Assembly: GCA_964187785.1 (NCBI GenBank)
Contig: OZ076409.1
Span: forward strand, 61,196,001 to 61,260,000
Direction: 5' to 3'
DNA from: Amphiscolops sp. MND2022
Lineage: Eukaryota
DNA length: 64,000 nucleotides
The notes beneath the pieces were generated by a model, which saw only the letters and a list, made by a program, of their open reading frames with translations, searched no databases and had not been told where the DNA came from. Positions 10,722 through 22,600 of this stretch are shown here, piece after piece. The position numbers and the translations under genes are program-made. How positions within the stretch are numbered: position 1 is the stretch's first letter; each line of letters begins with the position of its first letter.

Positions 10722-13700
10722 CTAGTCTTTAGAAGAACCTTGGACAGGCTTCTTAGAACTCGAGGAAAGACTTGAACTGCTGCTGCCTTGCCTCTTTCTT
10801 CGCAACTTAGAGGGGAACTTCAAGGCAGACTCATCGGGGACGGACGAAACACTCCTCTCCTCCAAGCGAACTGAGCGAGCAACAGAGATGGATGTAGTGA
10901 GCTTATACGAAGCCAATAAGCTCTTATAAATTTTCGATAGCCAAAACACATCAACATACGTCCACGGGTCATAATCGGCACCAAAGGCAGATTGTTCGAA
11001 GGTAGCACTGAGATGCGAAAATTTATCCAAATTGGCATCGGTAACGCAACAGAGATGGAATCGGGAACGGAAGAAAGATAACTTTGGCAGGGGGCAAGAT
11101 CAAATCGGTAAAACGTCCACGATAACCAGTGGTGTCTACACGCCCAAATAACACGGGAGGATACTGAGGACTGGAACTAGTCAAGCACAAACAACACAAT
11201 TTGAACAAATAGAGCAAATGTTCATGAGTCTGGAAAAACTCTAGCCCCATAAGGAAGTCAATGAGGTCCTTAGAATTCTCTAGGAGGTCGAAGTCAGGAG
11301 AGTAGTTCACTCGCAGATGGTCCAATAAGGCAATATACTCCTCCCGGCAAACATCTTGATTATCAGCTGAGACCGAAGACCGATGTTGGAAGGTAGCGTA
11401 CAACAAGTCAAAGTGACGAAGGCCAACTTCTGAAGGTCTTTTGAACAAAATGAAAGGGTCGAAAGCTGCCAACCCCTTCACAATCTCCGATTGCAGCCCG
11501 GTTTGATTGAGGACCTCCTTCAAGAGATACTGCACGAAATGGAGGCCTTCCCGAGCAAAACTGGAAGTTGCCTCGTCCGCCGTCTTCTCAATTACAGCCC
11601 TCTCAGATTTCTTTTTTAGGTGAACGATTTCAGCACTCTGTTTGCTTGCAGTCGCTACTTTGTTCACCAAGCGCAGTCGAACCAGGAAGTCCTCCTCAGT
11701 AAGAAATTTGCCTTCACTGATGGCGAAACCAAGCAAAAGGAACCAGGCGTTCTCAACAGGAATCGTCTCGGGCAGATAACAGCGGGAGCACAACTTGGAG
11801 ATGAATCGACAGACTTCCCCGCAAAGGAAGAAAGCAGCATCTCGTCTGCCCTGAAGGTTGACAACGAAACTGGATACGTCTGAAACACAACCGATCACAT
11901 GGAAAAATCCAACTATGCACCTAGAGACCAACCAAGGAAACGTGGCCTATTACCCTACCAGGATTCAAGGTCTTGGAATATGGAAATAGAGGCAAACAAT
12001 GATAAATCTAAAACGGTCCGTATACTTACAGTCACTGATAATGCGTTGGAAGAACTCTAATTTCACAACAAAGAAGGTGTCGCAGATGAGGGACCATTCA
12101 AAACTCTGAACCTGTAACATGACCTAAGTAAGTTACATGTAACTGACGTCACCGATCCATTAACCGATTGGCTTTGAAACCAACTAATTGGAACTCAAAA
12201 GGCCCGAAGAGAATTCTTACCTGGTTGTGAACCCCTTGCATGCCTTGATGAGGAGTGTGAGCAGTCAAATAGGAACGCACTGCTTTCCAGTTTTTTGACA
12301 AATCACGACAGAGACCAGGAAGATCAGGCAAACTCAATTTGCAAGTGGAAATAGCCTGAAATGAACCTCTGTTAACCAATGCATCCTGTGTACTAGTCAA
12401 CACTGCCACCCTGTGAAAGGAAAGAAACCAACTTGAGATAATTCTGGTGATTGCATTGCCCAATCCTCATCGGCAGCAGACCCTAAGGACACCACTAGAC
12501 TCTTTAACACAGAAAAAAAGTCGATTCTGCCGAACACACTGTAAGTGGGTTTGCGCATCATGGTTTGCAGGTCCAAATGCTCGAATCGGAAACAGCTCTG
12601 CACTGCTCGTGAAAACAGTGCGCATCTGTCAATGGTGCAAATCAGCTCAACGGGACAGCCGAAACAGGCGACTATGTCAGCTTTGGTAGACACGACCGAG
12701 AGAAATCTGGAAAGGGACCCCATTTCTCCCGTTAGGTCAGTTGACGGAAGTCTACTTCGGCAAATGAAGACTCTGCACAATGAGTCTCCTTTCCAAAATC
12801 TCACAGACATGAGCTTATTGACTCCAGCCCGCTCGTACTCAAGGCCGAAGCACTGTGTTGCCGCTATCTGTTCTGCCATGTCCTCCATGGCACAGGTGAA
12901 GATGTGCTGGAAGATTGCCTTAAAAGAAAATAAGAATACTAAACCGGATGTTTACATTACATCTCGGTAGTTGAAAAGAAGCAAAACTACCAACCGAGAC
13001 TCTCTCTTCACTCCAGTCAAAGTCGCAGTAGCTGGCTTGGTAGTTAGTTAGGGCGCCGACTTATGACCAAATTCGTCGCAAAATGGATAGATCTCCCTGA
13101 TGCTGCACAAAATCCGCAACGAGATGGATCTGGGTCTTGGCACGAGAAGCTGGAGTCACAAGGGTGGTCGCAGTTCCCTTGACGAAATCGTCGTAGAAGG
13201 GGAAACGTTCCCTGATATCGACCAGCTAAGCATGTATGAAGAGAGGGAGTTCTTTAGCCAGTTCTATCTTGGTCAGAACTCTGCCGTTTCTGCCCCTCAC
13301 CCGATGCTGCACCTTACCAGTGACAGGATGGACGCTCCTCAGGTGTTCATAGCGCCATCTCTGGTCCTTGCGCAAATGTTTTTCTGTCCGATGATGTCGT
13401 AAAATCTCCAAAGTGCCCTTGGACTTCACTGAAAATTTCTTTTTGCAGATATGACACCATACCATATGAGGACTGTGTAGCGGGTCGGCTGGTCCGGAGA
13501 TGAAAGATCGGGTACACCCAATCTTCGCAAAGAATTCCTCTTTCATGGGAACTCCTCTGGTGGGCCTGCGTCGCTTCTTTTGGGGCTCTCTTTGAGTCTT
13601 GCTTGGACGTGGTGCCTCCTGGTGTCGCAACTCTGACAATGTTGCATCCAAGCTCGACTGCCCGGTCGACTCGTGACCCTCGCTCTGGGGGCCGACATCA

Positions 13701-15006
13701 ACTGCTCTTTGACTGGTCGGGTCAGGTTCGACCTCATTAGGCTCCTTGAAGGCCCGAGAAATTAAGGCCATTTCTGCGGAACTGTCAGTCTCGTTTGGAG
13801 AATCAAAAACCCCATCCTCACTCTCAGTATTGGGGTCTCCGAACGAATCGGTGCCTGGCCCGGAATCATCATTACTCTGCGATCCATCACTGATGTCACT
13901 GAGGTCTCGTGGATGAGGAGTTTGTGCCCTGTGCCTGATTTTGAAATGGCCCGTACGAGACTCGGCCGTAACTGGGGCTCCTCTGACTGCGCCAAGCACC
14001 ATTTTTTCCATGGCCCTGTAAGACATCTGCAATGTCTCGTCGGTGAGGACACGGAGGAGGTGATAAACCTGTGGCTCCGTGAAGGCAACAGTCCGATGGC
14101 CTAGGGGAAGAGAGACGGTTGCGGCATCTTCATCGAAATATTGCTTCAAGATAGCCCTACTCCGCCCAGATAACTCCCTTAATTCAGGGTGAGGTGGACC
14201 TGCAGTTGTAGGCCTAGATCCAGCAGCCGAGTCCTTGGGAACACGAGTAACGGTGTCTTCTCCACTTGATGATGGGTTGTGAGGCGCAGGGATAAAGCTG
14301 TATAACTCAGGGCAACTAAGGTGGCTTGTTCCATCCCCTGTCTCTTCTGTCTCAGTTCCCTCGTCTACGAACCGTACTTTGTTTTCCCCTTGGGGAAGCT
14401 CTGGGGCGTCACAAAAAGACGAACTGTCGTCAGTCTCGAGCTGGAGGAAAAAAACTGCAGACGTTTCATTGTTGGGATTGGTGGCAGGTAATAGTTCTGG
14501 TAGTATGGTTCGAGAGGAAGTAGCAACTCTTAAGCTATTTTCCAGCTGGGTCAAATTCATTTCCAACTGGGTATTGGAAACCCCTGGAGTTGGGGTGCTG
14601 GCGCGAATAATTGGGGAAATGGGATCAGTTTGGATCGGGTTGATGGGAGAGACGTTTGTAGCACCCTCTTGGGTCTGTGTTGGCTCTCTTCCTTTGACTC
14701 CTTCGGACTCTGCAGTCTTTTCGGGCTTTTACCGGCTGGGTCAATATTCGGTGTTGAAGTCAACCCCTGGACATGCTCGTAAACCCTGTCCCTTTCTTCA
14801 GCATATGTAGTGACATCAACGTTGCTGTCAGTACTGCTGGGGGAGATGGGAGCTCTAAGGGGAGGAAATGGCGGTGGAGAAGGCATTATATTCGGTGTAG
14901 ACTGGATGTTGGAATCAGAGGCTGGTGTCGGTCCTTCCTCGGTATTTTCATTCCCTAAATGGAAGGAGATAAAATTAGGCGGTATGCTTCCTTGGAAGAA
15001 ATCCAT
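10722..15006 (-). pseudogene. Gypsy-A antisense 5-exon gene encoding a BED-finger, hAT-transposase-like protein (exons 15006-12995, 12918-12433, 12355-12221, 12111-12030, 11879-10722)
   Basis: Four GT..AG introns whose removal joins the ORF fragments in frame; WCHICKKKF...ILRHHRTEKH zinc finger; colinear homolog in Gypsy-B with the same exon lengths; this copy has stops and frameshifts in exons 1 and 5. Confidence 0.85.
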
Positions 15007-16048
15007 TTTGCCGCGTTAGAAAACTTCTAGAAGTGTCTTTCAGTTTGGCTATTTAGTCGAAACATGTGAAATAAAAAAAGAAACAGGAAGCGTTTGTGAA
15101 CAAGTTTTGTCTCTGATCAAGTCAAAATTGTTCAAACTATTAAAAGAAAATCCAGACCAACCTGACTTTGACGCCATGAAACTGCTCCCTTTGGAGGATG
15201 AGGTGTAAGCCTACAGGGGAAGGAGTCTATGGGGAATAAGCCGAATACGGCGGTGATAGAAGACTCAGAGATACTGGTTCTGACGGAAGGTGAGGAATCA
15301 GCAACAAGGTTCGTGAAGCGTAACAGCAAATAATCCCAAGGAACGAGAATTGCAGATATAAAGGAATTTGAATTGGATAAAGGAATTGGAAAATTGGAGT
15401 TCGTGGCTGAAGGAGATTTACCAGACTAATATGATTTGATTATTTACATATTTTTTCTGTACATGGAGTCTGCCAGCGAAATGTACAAGGATCTCTTCAT
15501 TATTTACAGCTTATTTAGTTATAGGCCGGTTATGGCCGTTTGCCCTGTTTTGTTTTGCCGTTTCGTCCAGTTACCCTAGTTCCCCTTGGATAGAATTTTC
15601 GCCATCTTGAATTATTTGGATTTAATTTTTTCGCCATTTTTGTTATTCAATTTTACAATTTATCAAAGCTTGATTCTGATTGGCTGAAGCCATTACGAGA
15701 AAATTGGTGGCGCGTGCCGTTAATTGCTTACAAGCGACCCGTTAATTACCCACTTGAGACAGGTGTAGTTGATATTCATAAGTCGAGCGTCATTCACACC
15801 TCTTCTAGTGATGACACTGATGAGGGGTAAACATCAGGTTATGAAAGGGAGCCGACTAATAATGGAATTCCATTCAGAAAAGTTTACGACGGATCAGAAC
15901 AACCAACCGAAGTTCTAACCGCCAAGTTGGAAACTTCGGGAAAACACCTTACTCGGCTAAATTCTTGGATTTGACAAATTCATTCTACCCTAAACTTCAT
16001 CACGATTCAGTTGCATCTACAAACTTCAAAATAGCGAAAAAAGCCATC

Positions 16049-16831
16049 ATGAGCAAATACAATCTCGCAAGGAAGTTATTTGACTTAGAAGAATTCGACT
16101 CGGACGGCTCTGAGAAATCTGTAAATTACATATCAAGCAGCGAGAGCGAAGCGTCGGACTGGGGAACGGATTGTTCCACCGACACGGAGCAGCTGATAGC
16201 GCGGATAGAGAGAGAAGTAACATCTAGCCCTATGCTCATTGGGGGAAGGGTAATGACATCGGAGATACCAGAAGAAGATGTGTCAGTGGCTGGACCAAGT
16301 ACCTCTGGTGCAAATGCTGAAAAGACGCCAAAAATGGACCATAAGTACTTTGACCTAGAAAGGTGCTATGCTCCCCCTAAGATGATGGAAAAGTCACGCA
16401 TCGAAATATGCAATACAATCTTGCCAGTTCTAGAGTCCCCGATGTCGCCACCAGATCATGAAAGAGGACCGAGTCAAGATACCCCTTTAGTCCAGCCACC
16501 AATGAGCGGGTTCTATGCGTCCTACCACATCCAAAACACCAGACCCTCTGACAACCTGAGCAGTCAGAGATATACTGGGTGCATGGTGTGTGGGAAAACA
16601 GTGGACGAGATTAAAGACGAGAAGATCAATTGGTATATGGAGAGATCAACGCCACGCGGAGAACCCGAATTTGTCACCAAACTGAGACGAGAAGCTTACA
16701 TAAACGGATTGAATGCAGGTAGTCTACTTTTCATTGCTCCCGCAGTGTCGCAGGCTGCCGCCTGTGACGGAAATAACTATACTACAGCGGCAGAACAAGA
16801 CCCGACACCAAGAACACTACCAATTTACTGA
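16049..16831 (+). CDS. Gypsy-A ORF3, unknown protein (acidic N-terminus, CxxC), ending inside the 3' LTR
   Basis: Open frame 15965-16831, first ATG at 16049; homologous to 41591-42469 (ESPxSPPxHERG, CxxCGK, SQAAACDGNNY). Confidence 0.8.
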   Translation: MSKYNLARKLFDLEEFDSDGSEKSVNYISSSESEASDWGTDCSTDTEQLIARIEREVTSSPMLIGGRVMTSEIPEEDVSVAGPSTSGANAEKTPKMDHKYFDLERCYAPPKMMEKSRIEICNTILPVLESPMSPPDHERGPSQDTPLVQPPMSGFYASYHIQNTRPSDNLSSQRYTGCMVCGKTVDEIKDEKINWYMERSTPRGEPEFVTKLRREAYINGLNAGSLLFIAPAVSQAAACDGNNYTTAAEQDPTPRTLPIY

Positions 16832-18663
16832 ATACAGGCTATGGACTTTAGAAACTTGTCCTTATTCAACGTTAGTTGTTATTTTGTGTATTCATGTAAT
16901 AGTTTCATATTTAGATGAAGTTAATATTAGTCCGTTAAAATTGTACAATTTGGAGATATCCAAATTAGGCTACTTTGTAAAAGTGTGCAGTTGAGATGTA
17001 TGTAAATTGTTGAATCAAAAGCAGTATTAATAGAAGCAACTGTAAAGCGGTATAGGAAACGAGTTCAAGTGACGCCCAGCGATAATCCAAAAACGTCACT
17101 TGAGCTCATTTTCTTAACCAATCACAGCGCTTCAATTCACGAGTGCAATATGACGTTGTTTTGGTAGTGGCCAAGTATGGCCAATTGACTTAATGTCCAC
17201 GGAGTGTTTTATGCTTTGGTCAAATGGCCGGTTTAGGCCGTCTTAATGTAACGAATGATGCTGAATTATTTGTACCCATAATTAACCATATTGGTTGGGG
17301 ACTATTCTAGAAGTGCTTTAACATTAAAATAATACTAACGTACCCCTCAACGGACCAAATGAACTGAACGCTGATCAAAGGCCGAATAAGGCCTTTTACC
17401 CTTTCCTCCCTTAGTATTGTACTATTAATCAGGATTTGGCCAATTTCAGCCCTTTTAGGAACTACCCTATTATAGTGATGCAGTGATATTTAAATAGATT
17501 GGGCATGTATTATTTGAATTTGCTTCCCCCTACGTTGACCTATAGCCACGTGGTGGCACGTGCTAACACTGCATACCAGTGCTACGAGCCTCACATTCCA
17601 TTAACAAGCTTAACATTTGTTGACATTACAATAATAATATGTAGAATAGATATGTTGTTTGAAGTACCGTTAAGAATATTTACCATTATGTTAATTGTTT
17701 GGTGTTGCATTTCGGGAAACAAACATGTCAGGAATTCTCCCAATCAGGATTTCACAGAAATAAGTGATTGATGTTTTCCGATGATATGGAAAATATGTAA
17801 ACAGGGATTTTTATGGTGCAGATACCTTTCAAAACCCATACCTGTTAAATACCAGAGATATGTAAAAATCAAGTGCATTACATACCTTACAATGTCAATC
17901 TTGGATGAAAATATGTAAAATATGTGAGTGTCACCCGCTCAGGGGTATAAATACCGGTGTTTAGCCTGAGTGGGACACAATTCATATCATACGACTCTAG
18001 AAAAGATTGATCTCCAAACGGCTTCGCTGTTATTTCCGTATTGATTAATTTGTTATTGATTCGGATTTTTTTCAATGCCCACCACTAGAAAGCAAAAGAA
18101 AGCAAGGAAGTCTAGAGGACTTGAAATGTTATCCGATATTGAAAATCTGGATATCATGTTAGGTGAGAACCATTTTGGTACCCAGAAAAGAGAAGGTAGC
18201 TTGAATAGCAATCTACCTAGAAGATCGAGGAGTTTTGCAAGTAATGAGTCCGAAAATGAAGACGGAAACGGAGGTAGACCTAAGAGAAATATTGACTCTA
18301 GGATGAATGCCGAATGAATGTGACCGCAATTCTGTCACAGGTGATTCTAGCGCTGAAACAAACAGGTTGTCCAGCGAATTAAATTCTCGTATTTCAAGGG
18401 AAATGGACGAGATGATGAATTCTGTGAGTGTCCAAATACAAAGAGCCATAAGCGATGCGATAAGTACTCAAGTACTTCCTCAAATCCAAAATGTTATTAT
18501 GGCCAGACCAGGACATGGACCAGAAAAGGATGGGACGTTCTGACCGAGAGACCGGAGCTAAATTCCGAAGTTCAGCGAAATCTTAACGCAAAGAGTAGCT
18601 TAAGAAACGAACAATATGAGAATCAATTGAACGATGATTACCCTGAGCTAAATGCTCACGACA
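16746..18663 (+). repeat. Gypsy-A 3' LTR (~1.9 kb, TGTCG...CGACA)
   Basis: End defined by the match to 3923-4157; start inferred from TGTCGCAGGCTGCCGCCTG, identical to the directly defined Gypsy-B LTR start; TATA-like TATAAATA at 17946-17953; disrupted gag 5' part from ATG 18075. Confidence 0.82.
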
Positions 18664-18691
18664 AACGGCCTGAGTTCAATATGGCTCATGT

Positions 18692-18871
18692 TCAGTTTTT
18701 TGTTTCAAAAAAGTGTTTTAGATCTGAGAACTTATGATCTGAGAAGTATGAGAATTTTTGAAATAGCCGTTGTATTCTAGCTAGAATACAACGGCCATTT
18801 CAAAAATTCTCATACTTCTCAGATCATAAGTTCTCAGATCTAAAACACTTTTTTGAAACAAAAAAAACTGA
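18692..18871. repeat. Spacerless ~180-bp palindrome
   Basis: Arms are reverse complements about 18780/18781 (..TATTCTAG|CTAGAATA..), with one mismatch and a homopolymer length difference. Confidence 0.92.
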
Positions 18872-19032
18872 TCATTTTTTGTGATCAAACATTTTAATCT
18901 AGAAGGTTTGTTATGTTTAATAAAGACTTTATAAACCTTGAGAAAAAATCGCAGTTTCATTGCGCGTTTTATAGTTTTTCCCCAACTTTGGTTCGTATAC
19001 TGAAGAGCCTCAAAGTTTTTTAAGGCTGTCGA

Positions 19033-19420
19033 TGTAAAATTCTAGCTGATTCTAGATTTCGTTTGGAAAAAGGGGAAAGAGTAGAATAAAATCTTTACGG
19101 CCAAAAAAGGCGACAAATCGATGCAAAAATGAATATGAAAATAGTTTAGATTAATGCGTTTGGCAGACAAATGAACTAGCAGGTTTACAAAGAACAAACA
19201 ATAGCTTGCAAGACCTTCCATGCAAAATTTCAAGGTTATTGAAATATATATTTGCAAAATCTAGAGATATTTTGAACGTTTCAAATATTTTTCCCAAAGA
19301 TTTGCCGTCTGGGGGATTGAATTTGCGATCTTATGACTGGAAAACTACAACGCTATCACTACACTAAACCATTTTGCTATTTGTTCGTTTGAATTCCGCT
19401 TTGGTTGTATTGCGCTGCAA
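19033..19420 (-). repeat. Interspersed repeat with tRNA-derived segment (SINE-like), copy 1
   Basis: Similar to 28086-28302 + 29423-29600; 19304-19366 reads as a degenerate tRNA on the minus strand. Confidence 0.65.
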
Positions 19421-19639
19421 CATCCTCCGGGCCCAAGAAGATGAGGAATGTTTTCTTATCGAAACAAAAATATATTTTTCTCAAATTATTTTGTTTCATC
19501 AGATTTGTTCGATTTTATTTTATCGGTTTGGAACAAAAACCCATGATACATATGTTTTAAAGTTACATATGAATTAACGGGTTTAAAGTTCAAATATCAC
19601 GAGTTACGATAAATCAGGTAAATCGGGGGAAGGAATGGG

Positions 19640-22600
19640 GCTAGCTTCACGATTGGACGGACGAGGTTTCTGGACGTGGTTCTTACTTCGGCAGAGCGGG
19701 TGACGGCTTCCCTGCCAAAGTTGAGTTTGACGACACGCGCGAGAAGGTAGTGGATTCTACGATCCAAACGGGATCTCTTGCTTTTAATTGCCTGTCAGAC
19801 TGTGTGGACCACTTTGAGAGACGATTCAGAGTGGGCACTTACTCTTTCAGACACCTGATCCAGACAACGTCGGAATAGGCTTGTGCGCTTGCATATCGCT
19901 TGCGGTGGTCAAACTCACAGTTAGAATGGGATGGTAGGACGAAACAGCTGTTCCAAGCAAGAAGTGGTTGAGTGTCAACGCATCCAAGGCAGTTGCATCT
20001 GCGCTTGCTGGAACCAATGGACGAGCGTTGAATCTCTGCTCCACAGACAAAACACAGTTAATAGAATTTCGTCAGTCAAGCGCCTGTTGCCGAGTATCGC
20101 GTAGAAAGAATGCTTGATACTTCTCACTAGTCTTTCCCATTCACCGCCATGGTGTGGGGCCTTAGGAAGATTAAACTTCCAGTTGACACCTTTCTTTACC
20201 ATAGACTGAACGATTGACTAGTGATTCCACTGGAGGATGTTCCGGAGAAGCTCCTTCTCAGTTGCAACACAATTCGTCCCATTGTCTGACCAGATAACGG
20301 ATGGGATACCCCGACGGGAAACAAATCTTTCAATTCCCATGGCACAGCTGCTGGTGTCCCTTGACTGCACAACTTCGAAATGGGAAGCGCGCGTGGCTAG
20401 ACATTTGAAGAACAATTCCCACCGTTTCTCTGTGGAGCGTTAAACAGAGACGAAGAAATGGCTAAAGTAGTCCAAGCCAGTGTTTGTAAAAGGTCGCGAT
20501 GCAAAAGCCAGGCGTTCTTTCGGCAGATCGGCCATTATCGGAATCAGCGTTTCCGCTTTACGTTTGCGACATATTACGCATCTGGTTTGGATCGCAAATG
20601 GCAATATTTGCTGTATCAAGGCTCTCAAGTATTCTGCGCCTCAAGTATTTCTCATGTAGATGTTCCAGAAATAACCGAACTACGGGTGCCACAGTCGACT
20701 GTCGAGCAAGATAGAGTGTTTGACGTCGACGTTGGTAATTTCCAGATGTTTCCTTGACCTTGAGCACGGAAAAAGCCGTTTGGATTAATGAAGGAGGAGA
20801 ACCGTTTTAACATTGGAGGCTTGCAGAATGGACAAAACTTGAGCAGATTTTTGTTTCGCCCAGGAACGATTCCGACTGTACCAAGAAGCATCTTCAATCT
20901 AGACAGGATCAGATATTGCTCCTGTTTTTAATTCTGTTACTAGAGAATTTCGGTGAAAAACGCAGAATGTAGGCTACAATGGCAAAAGTTACTCGTACTA
21001 GCTGAGCTTTTGCCACTTGAGAGTAAGGACATTGGAGGAATCTTTTGCAATGTTTGCTGTTGTCTCTTGGTGGACTGGCTCAGTGTTGACATCAATGGAC
21101 TCAAAATTCGTCACTTTAGTTCTCAAGATCTCTTCTGACGGCTGAAAAGGCCAATCAGGAGTCATCAAAAACTTGGGACCTCTGAGCCTAGAACTGTCAA
21201 AAAACGCATTCGCTGACAGGCCGCGAGTGCCCGCGTCTACCGGTTTGTCGACTTTTGATACGTGATTCCGTTCGTCAACTGTCGTCAACTCAAGAACTTC
21301 GGTAACGGGTATCTTGTCGATGGAATGGAGCCATTGAAGAACAGTTGTACAATCAGACCATATGAAGGTTCGCTCAATAGGTACGCAACACAGTGCACTG
21401 TCGTCGTCTTCTTCTTCGGTTCGCTCGCTTCATCTTTCAGTCGGACTGCTAAGAGCTCGGCTTGGAGTTCCAATTTCGAGGATGTGAGTGCTTTCATTGG
21501 GGAACACGAGCCTTCCCAATTACAAAAACCGACTGAAATTCGGTCCTTTCGTTGCAGTTCATACTCGCACGGAAAAAAAACAACGCCGGAAAACACATCT
21601 TGAGAACTGTCTCCGAATACGTGTAACTCGATATTTTCCATATAGCTGCAAAAATAGCATGTCGGAATAGTTATCTCACTCAAAATGGGACGCTCTGCAG
21701 CCCCTTCAAGAAATTGTTTGCTACTATCTTCAGGCAGATTTTTCTCCCTAGTTGCCCGCTCATGCGCCAAATGTCTTTGAACAAAAGGCAGGCCGGCACA
21801 GTGTATGGCGCGACAAGATCAATTGGATCATTTACTGCGGACACTGAGATAAAAACAACACGCTGTGTTACAGGTCTGTTCAGTTCAGGTGTAGTTCCTC
21901 TGCTGAAAATCAAAGTGTCACGACTGGGGTTCCATTTCAAACCTAATAACAGAGAAGTCTCTTCGTCTGTTGCTAAGACTTTTTCGGTCGATTCGGTAAG
22001 TTGAGAATTCGGGTCGACGATGTTGACCAATCTTGGTACATTGCTGACAAACTTGGTTTGTTTGATACAAGCTTTGGCTAACAATTCAACAAGACCTGAG
22101 TCTTTTTTGTTGCTTCGTTGACGGTTGGGCTTGACTCAAGATAATCGTCCATGTAAAACTGCTTTCCTACACTGTTCGCAGCCTCGGGGAATTGAATTCG
22201 AATATCACGAGCAGTCTGGTGCAAAGCGTAAATGGCACACGTTGGTGATTTCCTCGAGCCAAAAATGTGACGTAAGTTTTGGTACGCAGCGACGTCTGTT
22301 GCTGTGTCCTCCCGCCACAGAAAACGAAGAGACGGTCGGTCTTCAGGAATCAAACCAACTTCTATAAACATTCCGCCGATGTCAGCGGATACGGCGTAGG
22401 GATGTCGTCGGAAACGCATGAGGACATGGATTAACGTTTGCAACAAGTCAGGAACAATTAAAAGTTTGCTGTTTAGTAAAACACTATGAAATATCGCTGC
22501 ACTATTGAGTACACGACGAACTTTTCCGGGCTTGGTTGAAACACTGGGAAGTGCGGTAGATACCACTCACACAGGTTCAAGTTGTCAACTCTAAAACAGA

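Larger units (their letters stand above)
3923..18663 (+). mobile_element. Ty3/Gypsy LTR retrotransposon 'Gypsy-A' (5' LTR interrupted) with antisense intron-containing gene and ORF3
   Basis: 3923-4157 is nearly identical to 18430-18663; PBS at 4158; gag (CCHC), then PR-RT-RH-INT order. Confidence 0.95.

Noticed and set aside
10722..15006. Antisense gene as a recent nested hAT insertion
   Set aside because: No TIRs or 8-bp TSD seen, catalytic residues appear absent, and the same position and exon structure occur in a second diverged family.
15965..16831. ORF3 as env
   Set aside because: No signal peptide, furin site plus fusion peptide, or transmembrane anchor visible.
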